Source of the DNA: Geosiphon pyriformis uo1
Lineage: Eukaryota > Fungi > Glomeromycota
Reading direction: 5' to 3'
Length of the DNA stretch: 64,000 nt
NCBI GenBank assembly: GCA_016748015.1
Contig: JAAOMT010000302.1
Span: 484,459-548,458, forward strand
Under the pieces are notes generated by a model that ran no database searches, was not told where the DNA came from, and saw only the letters and a program-made list of their open reading frames with translations. This document shows positions 1 to 10,961 of the stretch, piece after piece; the stretch's first letter is position 1; the number at the start of each line of letters is the position of its first letter. The position numbers were made by a program, and so were the translations under genes.

Positions 1-1135
1 ATATTAAGTCAGCTTTTGGTGTTTTTGGTGAAGTTTCTTATGTTGTGCTGAAGTCTGCTGTTGTTTGACAATATGTGGTTGTTTATTTTAAAGAATTGGA
101 TGCTGCTGCTTCTGCTTTTACTTACTGGTCAATTTTGGTGGGCAAAGATAGTGTTTGGATTTTTTTTTTGTCAATCAAAATGAAACAATTTTGTCTTGTG
201 ATCAGTTCAAGACCAAGTTGGTTAACCTTCCTTCTGGCTGTACTGTTTTTGAGATTAATAATATGATTTTCCAGATTGATGGCTGGACTTGTTTTATTTC
301 TTTTTTACCTGATTCTGGTCATTGTTCTCAGTTTGCTCTGGTTACATTTGATTTCCAAGTTGATTTAAACTCTATGGTTGTTAAGATTAGTATCTTAAGG
401 AAGTATTGTATTTGGTAAAAAACCTCTGGTTGTTAATGTTGCTTTAAGTGTCAAGAAGTGGGCTATTTGGCTGTAAACTACAAAGTTTTTCTATCTTCCT
501 CTCTCAAGACTTCCAAAATGTTTAAAACATATTTTGTAAGCAATGTTTTTTATGCAAAAACTTCTGTTTTTTTGAATTTTTTTGAGTTTCCTCTCTTAAC
601 AGCTTTTATTTTTTTTTTCATGGTTGTTGGTAATTCTTTGGTGTCTTTTTAGTTGGCTTTTTTGAAGTCTAATTTGGTCAAGCTTTTTGCTTTGGTTAAG
701 TCTATTATTAAACCAATTGGTTCTTTGGTCAAATTGTTCAAACAATTTATTAATGAGAATTTGGTTTTAAGTAGTAAATTGGTCTTAAAATTAATAAAAT
801 TTTGGTGCATATGGGTTCTTTTAGTAAGATTATTGGTAAGTTGAAAAGAAAGGTAATTTTTTTAAGAAAAAAGTACTGCATAGAAGATATTAATATATTT
901 GGTAATTTAGAGCACTCAGTTAATATAGATGATAAGGTGTTTTCTAACTTGATGTTCCTTTGAGAACATGAATCTATTAATGTTAAAGCTAATGTCTTGA
1001 AGACAGCTGAATAACTGGTTGTATTGATTTCTTGTAGTGTTATTTTGTTTTTTGTTATTTAAAAGATGTCATTTTTGGGTAAGTTTTTTTCTAATGCATT
1101 AATGTAGTATAGCCTAAACTGGCTCAAGTAGCTGG
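1..1135 (+). mobile_element. ORF1-only non-autonomous LINE partner (half-LINE), 3' part; 3' UTR cut by a Gypsy LTR
   Basis: Decayed frame IKSAFGVFGEV...W.YVVVYF...WSILVGKDSV aligns with LINE ORF1 (SEFGEIKSIK...WSFLIGKDSV). Degenerate CCHC knuckle CFKCQEVGYLAVNY at ~440-480. Frame ends KMSFLGKFFSNALM* at 1107 and is followed directly by the LINE-type 3' hairpin AACTGGCT-CAAGT-AGCTGG (1117-1135), with no ORF2. Confidence 0.7.
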
Positions 1136-2124
1136 TATTACTGGAGATTTTTGGTCTCTTTTTTTGAATGTTATTACTGTTTGTTTGCTGCTAATTTCAC
1201 GTTTTCTGGAAGCAATTGAACCTCCAATAACTAAATTTATCTTTAAATTATCTCTTATAATTTGAACTACTGGACTTATAAGTAAAATAACCAATTCCGT
1301 GTTAGTTATTTTGTGTAGTTACATTATATTAAACATCAACTTTTTTTCAGAAATTGCTCATCTGAAAGCTTACTAAAAATATGTAGTTATTTTGCTGTGA
1401 AAGTTAACTCTTCTAAAGGAATTTTATCTGTAGACTACCCTAATAATTATAATAAAAAAATAAAATAAAAAAATAAAAAAAATGTAAAAAAAATGGAATT
1501 TTAACAAAGGAAACGTTTTTTATCTAGGCCTGAAGTCACTAACAAATTACTAAAATTGATAGCTAATCAATTTCAAAATGTTAGTTGTGTTGAGAAAATT
1601 TCAAGTGTAATAATCAAAGTATTTGGTTTTTCGAATATTTAATTTTTATTTGATATGTGTAAAAAGTAATTTGTTCTAATTAAGATATCTAAAGTAAGAT
1701 ACTATAATAAGATACTATAAGAAGATACTATGAAAAAATACATTTTCTTAAAGAAAAAAGCTCTTCTTTTATACAATTTGTTATAGTACTAGTCTTTGAA
1801 CTTACACTTTTCTCTTTGCTACAATTTTAGTAAACTAAAAATACATTTCAGCAAACTACAAGTTATTTCACTAAACTATTAATTATTTCGGCCAATTTTT
1901 ATTAATTTCGGCGAATTTTGATTATATTAAATGGTTTAGAGTATTGTGTAATTTGATTATCTTAATTTTTATAATATAAATCAGATTATTAATTGAGTAA
2001 TGATATTTGATAATTTGATTAAATAATAAGTGATAATCGAAATAATAATAATATATGTTAATTAATAATAGGAATTATAAGGGTAATTTTATGCTAATTA
2101 ATAGCTAAAATTCTACTGGTAACA
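1136..2124 (-). repeat. 3' LTR
   Basis: Colinear with 9989-10961 and 13084-14059; ends TATTACTGG (mutated TGTTAC) and CTACTGGTAACA. Confidence 0.92.
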
Positions 2125-2822
2125 TAATTTTCTCTTCAAGACTGAACTCTGTCAAAGTCCAAGTACTATTTGTGATATTAAGATAGTGGTCCAAAATAAT
2201 TGAAGTGATTTGGTCTGAAAATTGTTGAAATTTCAGTTTTGTGAGCTTTCCAATGTATTGAATCTTTATTGGATAAAGTATTGGATTTTGTAGGATGTTT
2301 TTACAAATGTTAAATAAATCATAGAGTTTAAATGCTGTTCTAAGTTTGTAGTGAGTGTAAATTGGTCCAGCTGCTGTCTTGAATTCCTTGTGAATTTGTT
2401 TTTGTATAGCTTCAAGAGTAATATTTGTTGCTTCAAGTTTCAGTTTTCGTTTATAAAGTGTTTTTTCAATATGAAAATATCTATAAATAAAGATATGTTG
2501 ATTGTTCTGTTTATTAAAAAATAGTAGAAGTTTTTGTTAGCTTGTAACATTTAGTGGAATGTTCATAAGGGCAAATAAAAAGTTTTTTTTTAGTGCTTGT
2601 TTCAAAAGTTCTAATAATTGATTTTCAGAGTAATCTCTTGTTTTTTTTCTATAAGAATAATAATTCTGAGAATTATTTACTACTGGTGTTGTGGTTTCTT
2701 TTTAAGTGTAATTAATTTGACTTTTATTAATTGTTATGAATAAGTCAAGAAGTGTTTTTAAAGCTAACATTAATTTTTGGGATATTTGTTAAATATTTCG
2801 AGGAATAATTATGATAAAATGA
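2105..2822 (-). pseudogene. ORF3 of the Gypsy element (env position), unknown protein, ~239 codons
   Basis: One frame with only three TAA stops (CAA->TAA type) and a ~140-codon stop-free stretch ...RYFHIEKTLYKRKL...KLRTAFKLYDLF...IGKLTKLKFQQF..., ending inside the 3' LTR. Absent from the ORF track because it has no early start codon. Confidence 0.7.
2125..2138 (-). promoter_or_regulatory. Polypurine tract
   Basis: Minus strand GAAGAGAAAATTA immediately before the 3' LTR TGTT. Confidence 0.7.
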
Positions 2823-2976
2823 CTAATTAATAAGTAAAATTTTGAAAAAGAATAAAAAAAATTATTTTTTGAATATAGAGTTTTATTTGTTTTTGGGTTT
2901 GAATGTTTCTTGTAATTATTTACTATTTTTGTTTTATGTCTTCTGTATTTTAAAGAAGTGATTGTAAAATGTTAAA

Positions 2977-4260
2977 TTAATTATTCAAGTTTAGTTGTTG
3001 TTTTATTATAACTATTGATTCTAAATTTTGGGGAATATCTTTAAAATTAACTAAAGAGGAATGTGTACCAATTTGTGAAATTAATGGTTCAAGATTGTTT
3101 CTGGAATGATAGTGTTTCAATTGATCTCCATGTGCAACTTTTGCTAGTACTTTGTCATTAAGTCTTAACTTATATAATCTATTGCCTAAAATTTTGTGAA
3201 TATAAAATGATCCATTTCATTTATGTTTAAATTTTTCACTTTATTGTTTTTCAGCCTTAGTTTTGTATAAGAAAACTTTATTTTCAACTTTAAATTTATT
3301 GGTAATTGGTGGCAGTTTGTTGTCATGTCTTTTTTTTTGTAGGGCTTAGAAGTATTCAATATAAGTGGCTGCTATGTGTCTTTTTTCTTTCAATGTACTA
3401 AGGAGAGTGTAAGCTCTTTTTTGGAGCATTTTTTGAAAGTTTTCTTTATTGATTGGTTGCACTGAGTATGTTTTTACTGTAAAATTAATTGGTAATGTTG
3501 CTGTTTTTCCATAAGTAAAATTAAATGGTGTGTGTTTCATAGTATCTTGTTTTAGTGTTCTGTATGCTAGTAACATTGATGGAATAAAGATATCTTATTC
3601 CTGCTTAAAATCTGTTAAGACTTTGGCTAAAGATTTACACAATATTCTGTTGAAATGTTCTACAAATCCATTTGTTTAAGAGTGATAAAGTAATAATAGA
3701 GGTCTTTTAACATTAGATTGTTCACAAATTTTTTGTATCAAGTTGTTCACAAAATGTGTTCCTTGATTAGATAAAAGTTCAATTGGGCATCTATGTCTAC
3801 AAATAATGTCTTTATAGATGAAATTTGCTACTGATTTTGCATTTGCTCTTTGGATAGCTCTAGCTTTAGGCCATTTGGTCAGATAATCTACTGCAACTGT
3901 CATATAATGATTTTCTTGGGTTGTAATAAATAATGATTCGACTAAATCAATTCCAAATCTGTCAAAAGATTGTTCAATTTTGATTGGATTTAAAGATTCT
4001 GTGGAACAAGTTCTTTCTCTTCTTTGACAATTGTCACAAAATTCTACATATTATCAAATGTCTTTTTGCATATAAGACCAAAAATAATGTTCAAAAGTTT
4101 TTTGAATTGTTCCATTTCTTTCCAAGTATGCTGAAGAAGAATCTGTGTATATGTTGTATAGAATTGTTTCTTTTTTATTTTCTTGTATTAATCTAAGTGA
4201 TTGATTTGGGTTTCTGTAATTTTTATAATAAATTTTGTTGTGGTGTATGAAATATTGTTT
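2977..4260 (-). pseudogene. Integrase (Zn-binding, rve core, GPY/F), no chromodomain seen
   Basis: VAVDYLTKWPKARAI...LLSNQGTHF, LLAYRT...TPF..TYGK..LP, K*NGSFYI. Confidence 0.9.
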
Positions 4261-4419
4261 TAATTGGTATTGTAATCAATGTTTTTTACTTAGAGACCAA
4301 TTTTCTGACATAGTAAGAGTCTCTAAATAGTTTTTGATGTTGTTGTAATTTTTGGGATCCATTGTTGTTTGGTTAGTTTTGTTAATAAGTTGGTAGTTGT
4401 GGTGGGGTTGTTGTTGGTA

Positions 4420-4810
4420 TTAATCTTGTCTTATTCTTGACAGACTATTAATATTAATGTGTAGTTTTTTTGGTTTGTAATGTACAATATACTTGTAGTC
4501 TGCTAGAAAGTTGTTCTATTGAGACTGTTTGGCACTTTGTTCAGTTTTCTTTTTATTGAGTCATTTAAGGCTAATATTGTCAATTATAATGTCAAATTTT
4601 TTTCCATTCTTTAGGTATTGTTAAAAGTGTTTAAGAGTCCAAATGACTGCAGCAGCTTTTAATTCAGTTGAGCCATATTTGAGTTCTGTTGGTTTAAGTG
4701 TTTTATTAACATAGACAATAACTTGTTTCTGGCCATTTTTATTTAATTGTGATAAGATGGCACCAAATGCTATGTGTAAAGCATCAGTGGTTAGTTGAAA
4801 TTGTTTGTTA
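4420..4810 (-). pseudogene. Ty3-type RNase H
   Basis: FQLTTDALHIAFGAILSQ...YGSTELKAAAVIWTLKHF. Confidence 0.85.
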
Positions 4811-4899
4811 AAGTTTGAATAAGCAAGGACTGGAGCTGTAATTAGCTTTGTTTTGAGAGTTTTAAAAGCTTTCTGTTGTTCTTTAATCCATTAATATAA

Positions 4900-5760
4900 C
4901 ATGTTTTTGTTGATAAGATAATTGAGTGATTTGGCAATTTCTGAGAATCCTTTTATGAATTTCTGATAATAAGAGGCTAATCTTACAAATTCTCATAGCT
5001 CTGTGGTATTTTTGGAAGTTTGAAAGTTTTTGACAGCACTAATTGTTCCAGAATTGGGTTTGACTCTACCTTTGCTAACAATATGTCCAAAAAAAATTAA
5101 ACTTGTTTTTCCAAAGTGACACTTTTTAATGTTCAATTTTAATCTTGCTTTCTATAATCGTCAAAAAATTTTTTACAGGTGGATAAGATGAGCTTTAAAA
5201 CTTAGTGAGTACATATTAGTGTTATCAAGATAGACAACTACTGATTGTCATAAAAATTCTTTATATACAACATCCATAAGTCACTGAAATGTTGTTGGTA
5301 TATTGCAAAGTCCAAAAAGCATAACATTGAATTTATAGTTTTTTTTTGGATAGTAAATGTTGTTTTGGGTCGATCTTTTGGGTCTATTTCGACTTGTCAA
5401 TATCCACTTTCTAAGTCTAAAGTTGAAAAAAACTTGGCTTTTCTTAAAGAATCTAGCATGTTATCAATTCTTGAAAGAGAGTAAACATTTCTAATTGTCA
5501 TGCTATTGAGTTGACAATAATTTACACAGAATCTGATTTTTCTGTTTTTTTTTAACATGAACCACTGATGAGACCCAAGGACTTCTTGATGACTGAATCA
5601 ATCTATTACTGAGCATTTTTTGGACTTTTTTCCTAATGAATTGGTGACTGACTGGTAGTACTTGATAAGCTTGTTGATGTTTTGGTGGAGCATCTCCTGT
5701 GTGAATCTGGTGTTAAACAATATCAGATTTTCCAAGGTTATTGTTGTTTTTTGCAAATAT
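4900..5760 (-). pseudogene. Ty3-type reverse transcriptase
   Basis: SSSPWVSSV.., RFCVNYCQLN, TLDLESGY*QV, MLFGLCNIPTTFQ, VYLDN (YLDD mutated) at ~5221-5235. Confidence 0.92.
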
Positions 5761-6261
5761 GTCAGCAAATTCAGTTATTAACTGTTTTAATTGTCTTTGT
5801 TGCTGATGTTCTAAAAAATCTATGTTGATTTAAAAGAGTTTTACTTCCATAAGGTGGTAGTTTTCAGTAATAGGGATAATGTTTGGATTTGGAAGTAGAG
5901 TATGTCTTACAATTTTGATGAAATTAAAAACAATTTAAGGGTTTTCATTTTGGAAGATATTGCTGTATATGATTCCAATCTCTAATTTATTTAATAAGAC
6001 AATAAAGTAATTATTGAGGTTGTAGAATATAACTCAAAAATTTTTCATTTCTTTGGAAATATAAACGTTTGGAAGTAAGATTTCATGTTTTAAACAGATT
6101 TGTTTATTGAATTCAAAGATTTGTTGAATAGTAGTGGATTTTGAGCAAGTGTAATTTTCATAATGTTCTCTAAAAAATAAAATAGTAATTGGTTGAAGAA
6201 GTTAAAGAATCTGGTAAGATTTATTTTGTGTATTAAGAACTATGTTTACTGGAATTGTAAA

Positions 6262-6660
6262 TCATTCAGTTGAACCAAAATCTTGAGTTTTTTTTTTCAC
6301 TTTTTTCCAATTGTTTTTTGTTGTTAACTGATTGTAAACTCGAAATGTTGATTAAGAGTAGGTAAATTGTTTGGGCAATTTTTTCAGCATGTTCAATCCT
6401 AAATGGTTTGTTTGTTTTATTCTGTAACATAATAGTAATGTCTCCAGTATATCTTGCATCTATGATTTCTTCTCTGACATTAATTTTTTTGCTTGCCAAT
6501 GATAATTGAAAAGCAATTTATACCATTGCTTCTGGTGGTATTTTAAGAGCAATTCTGAGGTTGATTTTGGTTGAAGAACCAAAGTGTCTTTGTTAGAATA
6601 TCTTAAGTCATATCCTGCATCAATTTCGTAGGCTTTTTCTGGTTTTATTCCTTTTTCATT
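6262..6660 (-). pseudogene. dUTPase inside pol
   Basis: KAYEIDAGYDL (motif I), IIDARYTGDITIML (motif III), KIAQ (motif IV), degenerate RG..GFGST (motif V). Confidence 0.9.
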
Positions 6661-7659
6661 GTTGTTAAAGTATTTAAGCTGTATAGCAGACTGGTTTTCA
6701 GTAAGATAGATTAAGGTTGTTGCAATTTTTTTTTCTGGCTTATGTTCTCCAAACTCAATTTCCTCCTGGTCATCTTTGCTAAACAAGAGAATGCTCAGGG
6801 CATAGTATTCTGGACACTATTTGTCATCACAAAGCATAATGTATTCTTTACACAATTGAATGTTTATCTGCTCTAATCATTGAATTTGAGCTATTTGGGT
6901 CGGATATGTGTGACTTGTAATCTGGTGATATGTTTCTACTTTATCTTTATAGTTAAATTCAGCTAATTCTATTGTGTATTCAATGTACTTAGCTTTTTTT
7001 ATTTGGTGGACATTTTCTTGTATGATTTCATTAATTAAAGCTATTATTAAGTTAAAGATTATTTTAGCATCATAAGAGTAGTGGTAAAGTTTGTTGAGAG
7101 CATTATTGTATGCTGTATTAAAAGGTGTTTCTCTTCTGACTTTTTCCAAGATTGATAGAACATATTAGCAGATTTGATTACATATTCCTCCTTCTCTTAT
7201 TGCAACATTAATTCAGTTGTATTTTTCTGATAGCATATCTCCACATATAAGACAAGGAGTATTGTTCTATTTTTCACTTTTTTTGGGGTATCCAAATCGT
7301 TTTCTATGGCATGTTTTGCAAAAGTAGCAGGTGCAAGTTTCATATTCCTCTTCTGAAAAAATACATGCTCTCATGGATAAAAGTTTTTTCTTGTAATCTT
7401 TACATTTAAGTGGGATGTAAGGTGGTTGTTTTCGTGATTCTGGTGTAGAATATCTAACTATATTCAATTTTCTGGTTTTTTCAAAAATTTTTTGTTCTGT
7501 TTCTTTAGCCCAATTAAATGGTAATTCAAGAGCCATAAAAGTTTTAGTAATTGATAGTTCTTTCTTTTCTTTAAATTCGAATACTGGGACTTTTTCAGAT
7601 TTCTTATTAAAAGTACCACAGATGACAAGTACTCTGGTGTATTGTTCTTGGTATGAAAT

Positions 7660-7990
7660 CTTCAATTTCTGGGTTTTCCAGTCTAAATTTGCATTGGCCT
7701 TAAGAAGCCAATTATTTCCAACAAGAGCTTAGTATTGTGGTGTATTCATGACTAAAACTTTGATTGAAATAGTGATTTCATTAATGGTGAATGGAAAATT
7801 GTTAATTTCTCCTACTGGTGTCTTTTTTATATTATCTGCTGTAACAATAACTGTCTGGACAGATCTGTCAACAGTTTGTTAAAGTTGTTGCATTAATTGG
7901 TAGGTAATAATACTTCTAGCTAATCTACTGTCTAGAATTAACTGAATGGGTTTTCTTTCTACTTTGGCTTTAGTATATATAGCTGTGATT
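7660..7990 (-). pseudogene. Retropepsin-type aspartic protease
   Basis: KPIQLILDSRLARSIIT (D-S-G motif mutated), downstream LVGNNWL. Confidence 0.85.
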
Positions 7991-7999
7991 GTTTTTTGT

Positions 8000-9950
8000 T
8001 CATTAACTGCTGTATTGCTAAGCAAAAATGGTGATTCATTGGCTTTAAATTCGAATAAGAGTATATCTGAAAGGTTGGCATTTTGGGCAATTTGAGCTGG
8101 TGGAATAGTATTATTGAAAGGATTTAATCTTGGTGCTGCAACTTTATCTTCAGAAAGTACAGTTTGTTGAAAATCCGATTCTTTAGGTATTGTGAGATAA
8201 CTGGATTGAGTGTGGTAGTAATTGGGTCTTTGTTAACCAGAATTTCGGAGAACTAACTGGTTGTTTGGGTTGATTCTGCTGTTGTTTGTTAAAAAACGGT
8301 TTTGTAATGTAAATTGGTTGTGTTGAACCAATTTTTAGACTGGTACTTGATATTGTTATGTAGGTGGTTGTTAATACTATTGGATTGGTAGAGATTGTTA
8401 ATATTGTTGCTATGGAGTAGATTAATAGTAATTGGTTTGCTGTTGGAGTCTTGAAAAATAGTAGACTGGTGATAAAGGCTGATAATGAGATTGCTATGTT
8501 GAAGAATAACGTTAATTACTCCTGTTTTGCTGGTTTCTTTGTAGCTTTCTGCAATTTCATTTCCAATGTCCTGAAATTTCACAATAATAACAACTTTGGT
8601 TTTGACTGTTTGATGAAATAGTTTTCAATTTTTCTTGTAAGTTGGTTAATTTTCTCTTCAGCTGCTAAGCTGGTTTCTCTAATAGCAAGATTTACAAGTT
8701 TAATATGATTTGCTTTTTCTATTGCCAATTCATAGTTCTTTGTATGTTTAATAGCTGTTGCTAAGTCTTCTGAAACATGTGGGTGAACTTTTTTGATTAA
8801 TTTGTCTTTTAATCCTGTTATAAACTGATCCAAAATCTGGGCATTGGAATAGTATTCATTGGTTTCTAATTGTCAAATTTGTCAAAAAAGTTTGTTGAAT
8901 CTCCCAAGATAAGTCATAACAGTTTTAGATGTTTCTTGTTTGATATTGTGAAAGCAATTTCAGAGAGTAATAGAGGTGTTGTTGTCAGTAAATTGTTGCA
9001 AGAAAGCATCTTTGAATGCTTGCCAGTTTCCAAAGAATTCTTCTAAATTTTCAAACCATTCTCCTGTAGTTCCTTGAAGGAAGTATGAAATTGCTTTAAG
9101 TATTCTTGCTATATTCCATCCATTTGCATCTCCTGCTTTCTGAACTTTGTCAAGCCATTCTTGAGGGCTAATATTATTATCTTTATTCATAAATTCTGAG
9201 ATTTTTGCAATATAAGCAGTTGCTATTTCTTTTTTGTTTTCTGTGATTTTTTCTTGTTTTGATTCAATTTCTTCACTTTTCAAGTTCTCTGAATAATTAC
9301 TTTTGTTTTCTTGTAAGTAATCAATAATATTGGTGCTGGTTGATATTAGTTCCTGCTGTTAAGTAGGACTTTTAAGTGACTAAAAATCTTCTGGTCTGGA
9401 GAAATGGATAAGTGGTGAATTTGGTGTTTGTGGTTGAGCAAGTGAAATTGAAAATGATGTGACTGAGAGTGGAAGTCTGGTGCTGGTTCCTTGTTCTGGA
9501 GTTTGCAAATGTTTGGCAGTTATTTTTGGTGTCTTTGGAGTGTTTGGGATGGTGCTTGAGTATTTTTTTAGTTTTTGTTTGTCTTTGTTGCTTGTTTCTG
9601 TTTCTGATTCAAAGTCAATAAAGTATTTAGACTGTACTAGATATTTTTTTTCACAATACTGGATAATGTTGAAATTAAGTTTTTGGAAGTAGGTACCAAG
9701 TGTTTTACTATTAAGGTCTTCAGTTCTCAATTGTGAATAATACACTAAATTATTGTAGAAGTTGCTTCTAACTTCTAAAATGTTGTAATTTTCAAGAAGT
9801 TAATTGTTGATGTGGTTTTCAATATACTGGTAAAGTGTTTTCTTAACAATTTCAATTCAGTTTGAAATGTTGAATCTCTGCTTGCAATGAGTGTAAATTG
9901 ACTGGTAATATTCTAGAGTTGCTGTATTTGGTGTGGTTGCTACTTTGAAG
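8000..9950 (-). pseudogene. Gag (capsid-like domain + CCHC zinc knuckle)
   Basis: WLDKVQKAGDANGWN...FLQGTTGEWFE...FKDAFLQQF; CYYCEISGHWK*NCRK at ~8545-8593. Confidence 0.88.
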
Positions 9951-9970
9951 TTGTTATTATTGTGTTATTT

Positions 9971-9988
9971 TTATAGAAGAGCACCAAA
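9971..9988 (-). promoter_or_regulatory. Primer-binding site (second copy at ~13064-13083)
   Basis: LTR-CA followed by TT TGGTGCTC(T/C)..., complementary to a tRNA 3' end ...GAGCACCA; primer tRNA not assigned. Confidence 0.75.
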
Positions 9989-10961
9989 TGTTACCAGAGA
10001 TTTTTGGTCTCTTTTCTTGAATGTTGTTAATGTTTGTCTGTTGCTAATTTCACGTTTTCTGAAAGCAGTTGAATCTCTAATAATTGAATTTATCTTCAAA
10101 TTATCTTCTATAATTTGAACTTGTTGGGCTTATAAATAGAATAACCAATTCCATGCCAGTTATTTTGTGTAGTTATGTTGTAGTAAATGTTAACTCTTTC
10201 CCAAAAATTGCTCATCTGGAAGCTTACTAAAATTGCATAGTTACTTTGCTGTAAAAGTCAACTCTTTTACAAAAATTTTGTCTGTAAGCTACCTTAATAA
10301 TTATGATAAGAAAGTAAAAAGAAAAATAAAAGAAATGTAAAAGAAATAGAATTTTGTCAAGGAAAACGTTTTCTATCTAGGTTTGAAGTCACTAACAAAT
10401 TACTGAAATTAGTAGCTAATCAATTTCAAAATTTTAGTTGTGTTGAAAGAATTTCAAGTGTAATAATCAAAAAATTTGGGTTTTGAATATTTAATTTTTA
10501 TTTGAAATGTGTAAAAGATGATTTGTTCCAATTAAGATATCTAAAGTAGGATACTATGATAAGATACTATAAGAAGATACATTTTCTTGAAAAAAAAAGC
10601 TTTTTTTTTATACAACTTGTTATAGTACTAGTCTTTGAACTTGCACTTTTTTCTTTGCTACAATTTTGGTGAACTAAAGATACATTTCAGCAAACTACAA
10701 GTTATTTCACTAAACTATTGATTATTTCGGCCAATTTTCATTAATTTCGGCGAATTTTGACTATATTAAATGGTTTAAGATATTGTGTAATTTGATTATC
10801 TTAATTTTTATAGTACAAATCGGATTATTGATTGAGTAATAATATTTGATAATTTGATTAATTAATAAGTGATAATCAAAATGATAATAATATGCTAATT
10901 AATAATAAGAATTATAAGGATAATTTCATGCTAATTAATAGCTAAAATTCTATTGGTAACA
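9989..10961 (-). repeat. 5' LTR of the complete element
   Basis: TGTTACCAG...TTGGTAACA, colinear with the other LTRs, followed by PBS on the minus strand. Confidence 0.93.

Larger units (their letters stand above)
1136..10961 (-). mobile_element. Ty3/Gypsy LTR retrotransposon carrying dUTPase and ORF3, hypermutated
   Basis: Two ~1 kb LTRs (1136-2124, 9989-10961) with TGTTACC...GGTAACA-type termini, PBS, PPT, and minus-strand domain order gag-PR-dUTPase-RT-RH-IN; many stop codons. Confidence 0.93.

Noticed and set aside
1690-1735. AAGATACTA triple repeat as a CRISPR-like array
   Set aside because: Short internal LTR repeats with no spacers, in a eukaryotic context.
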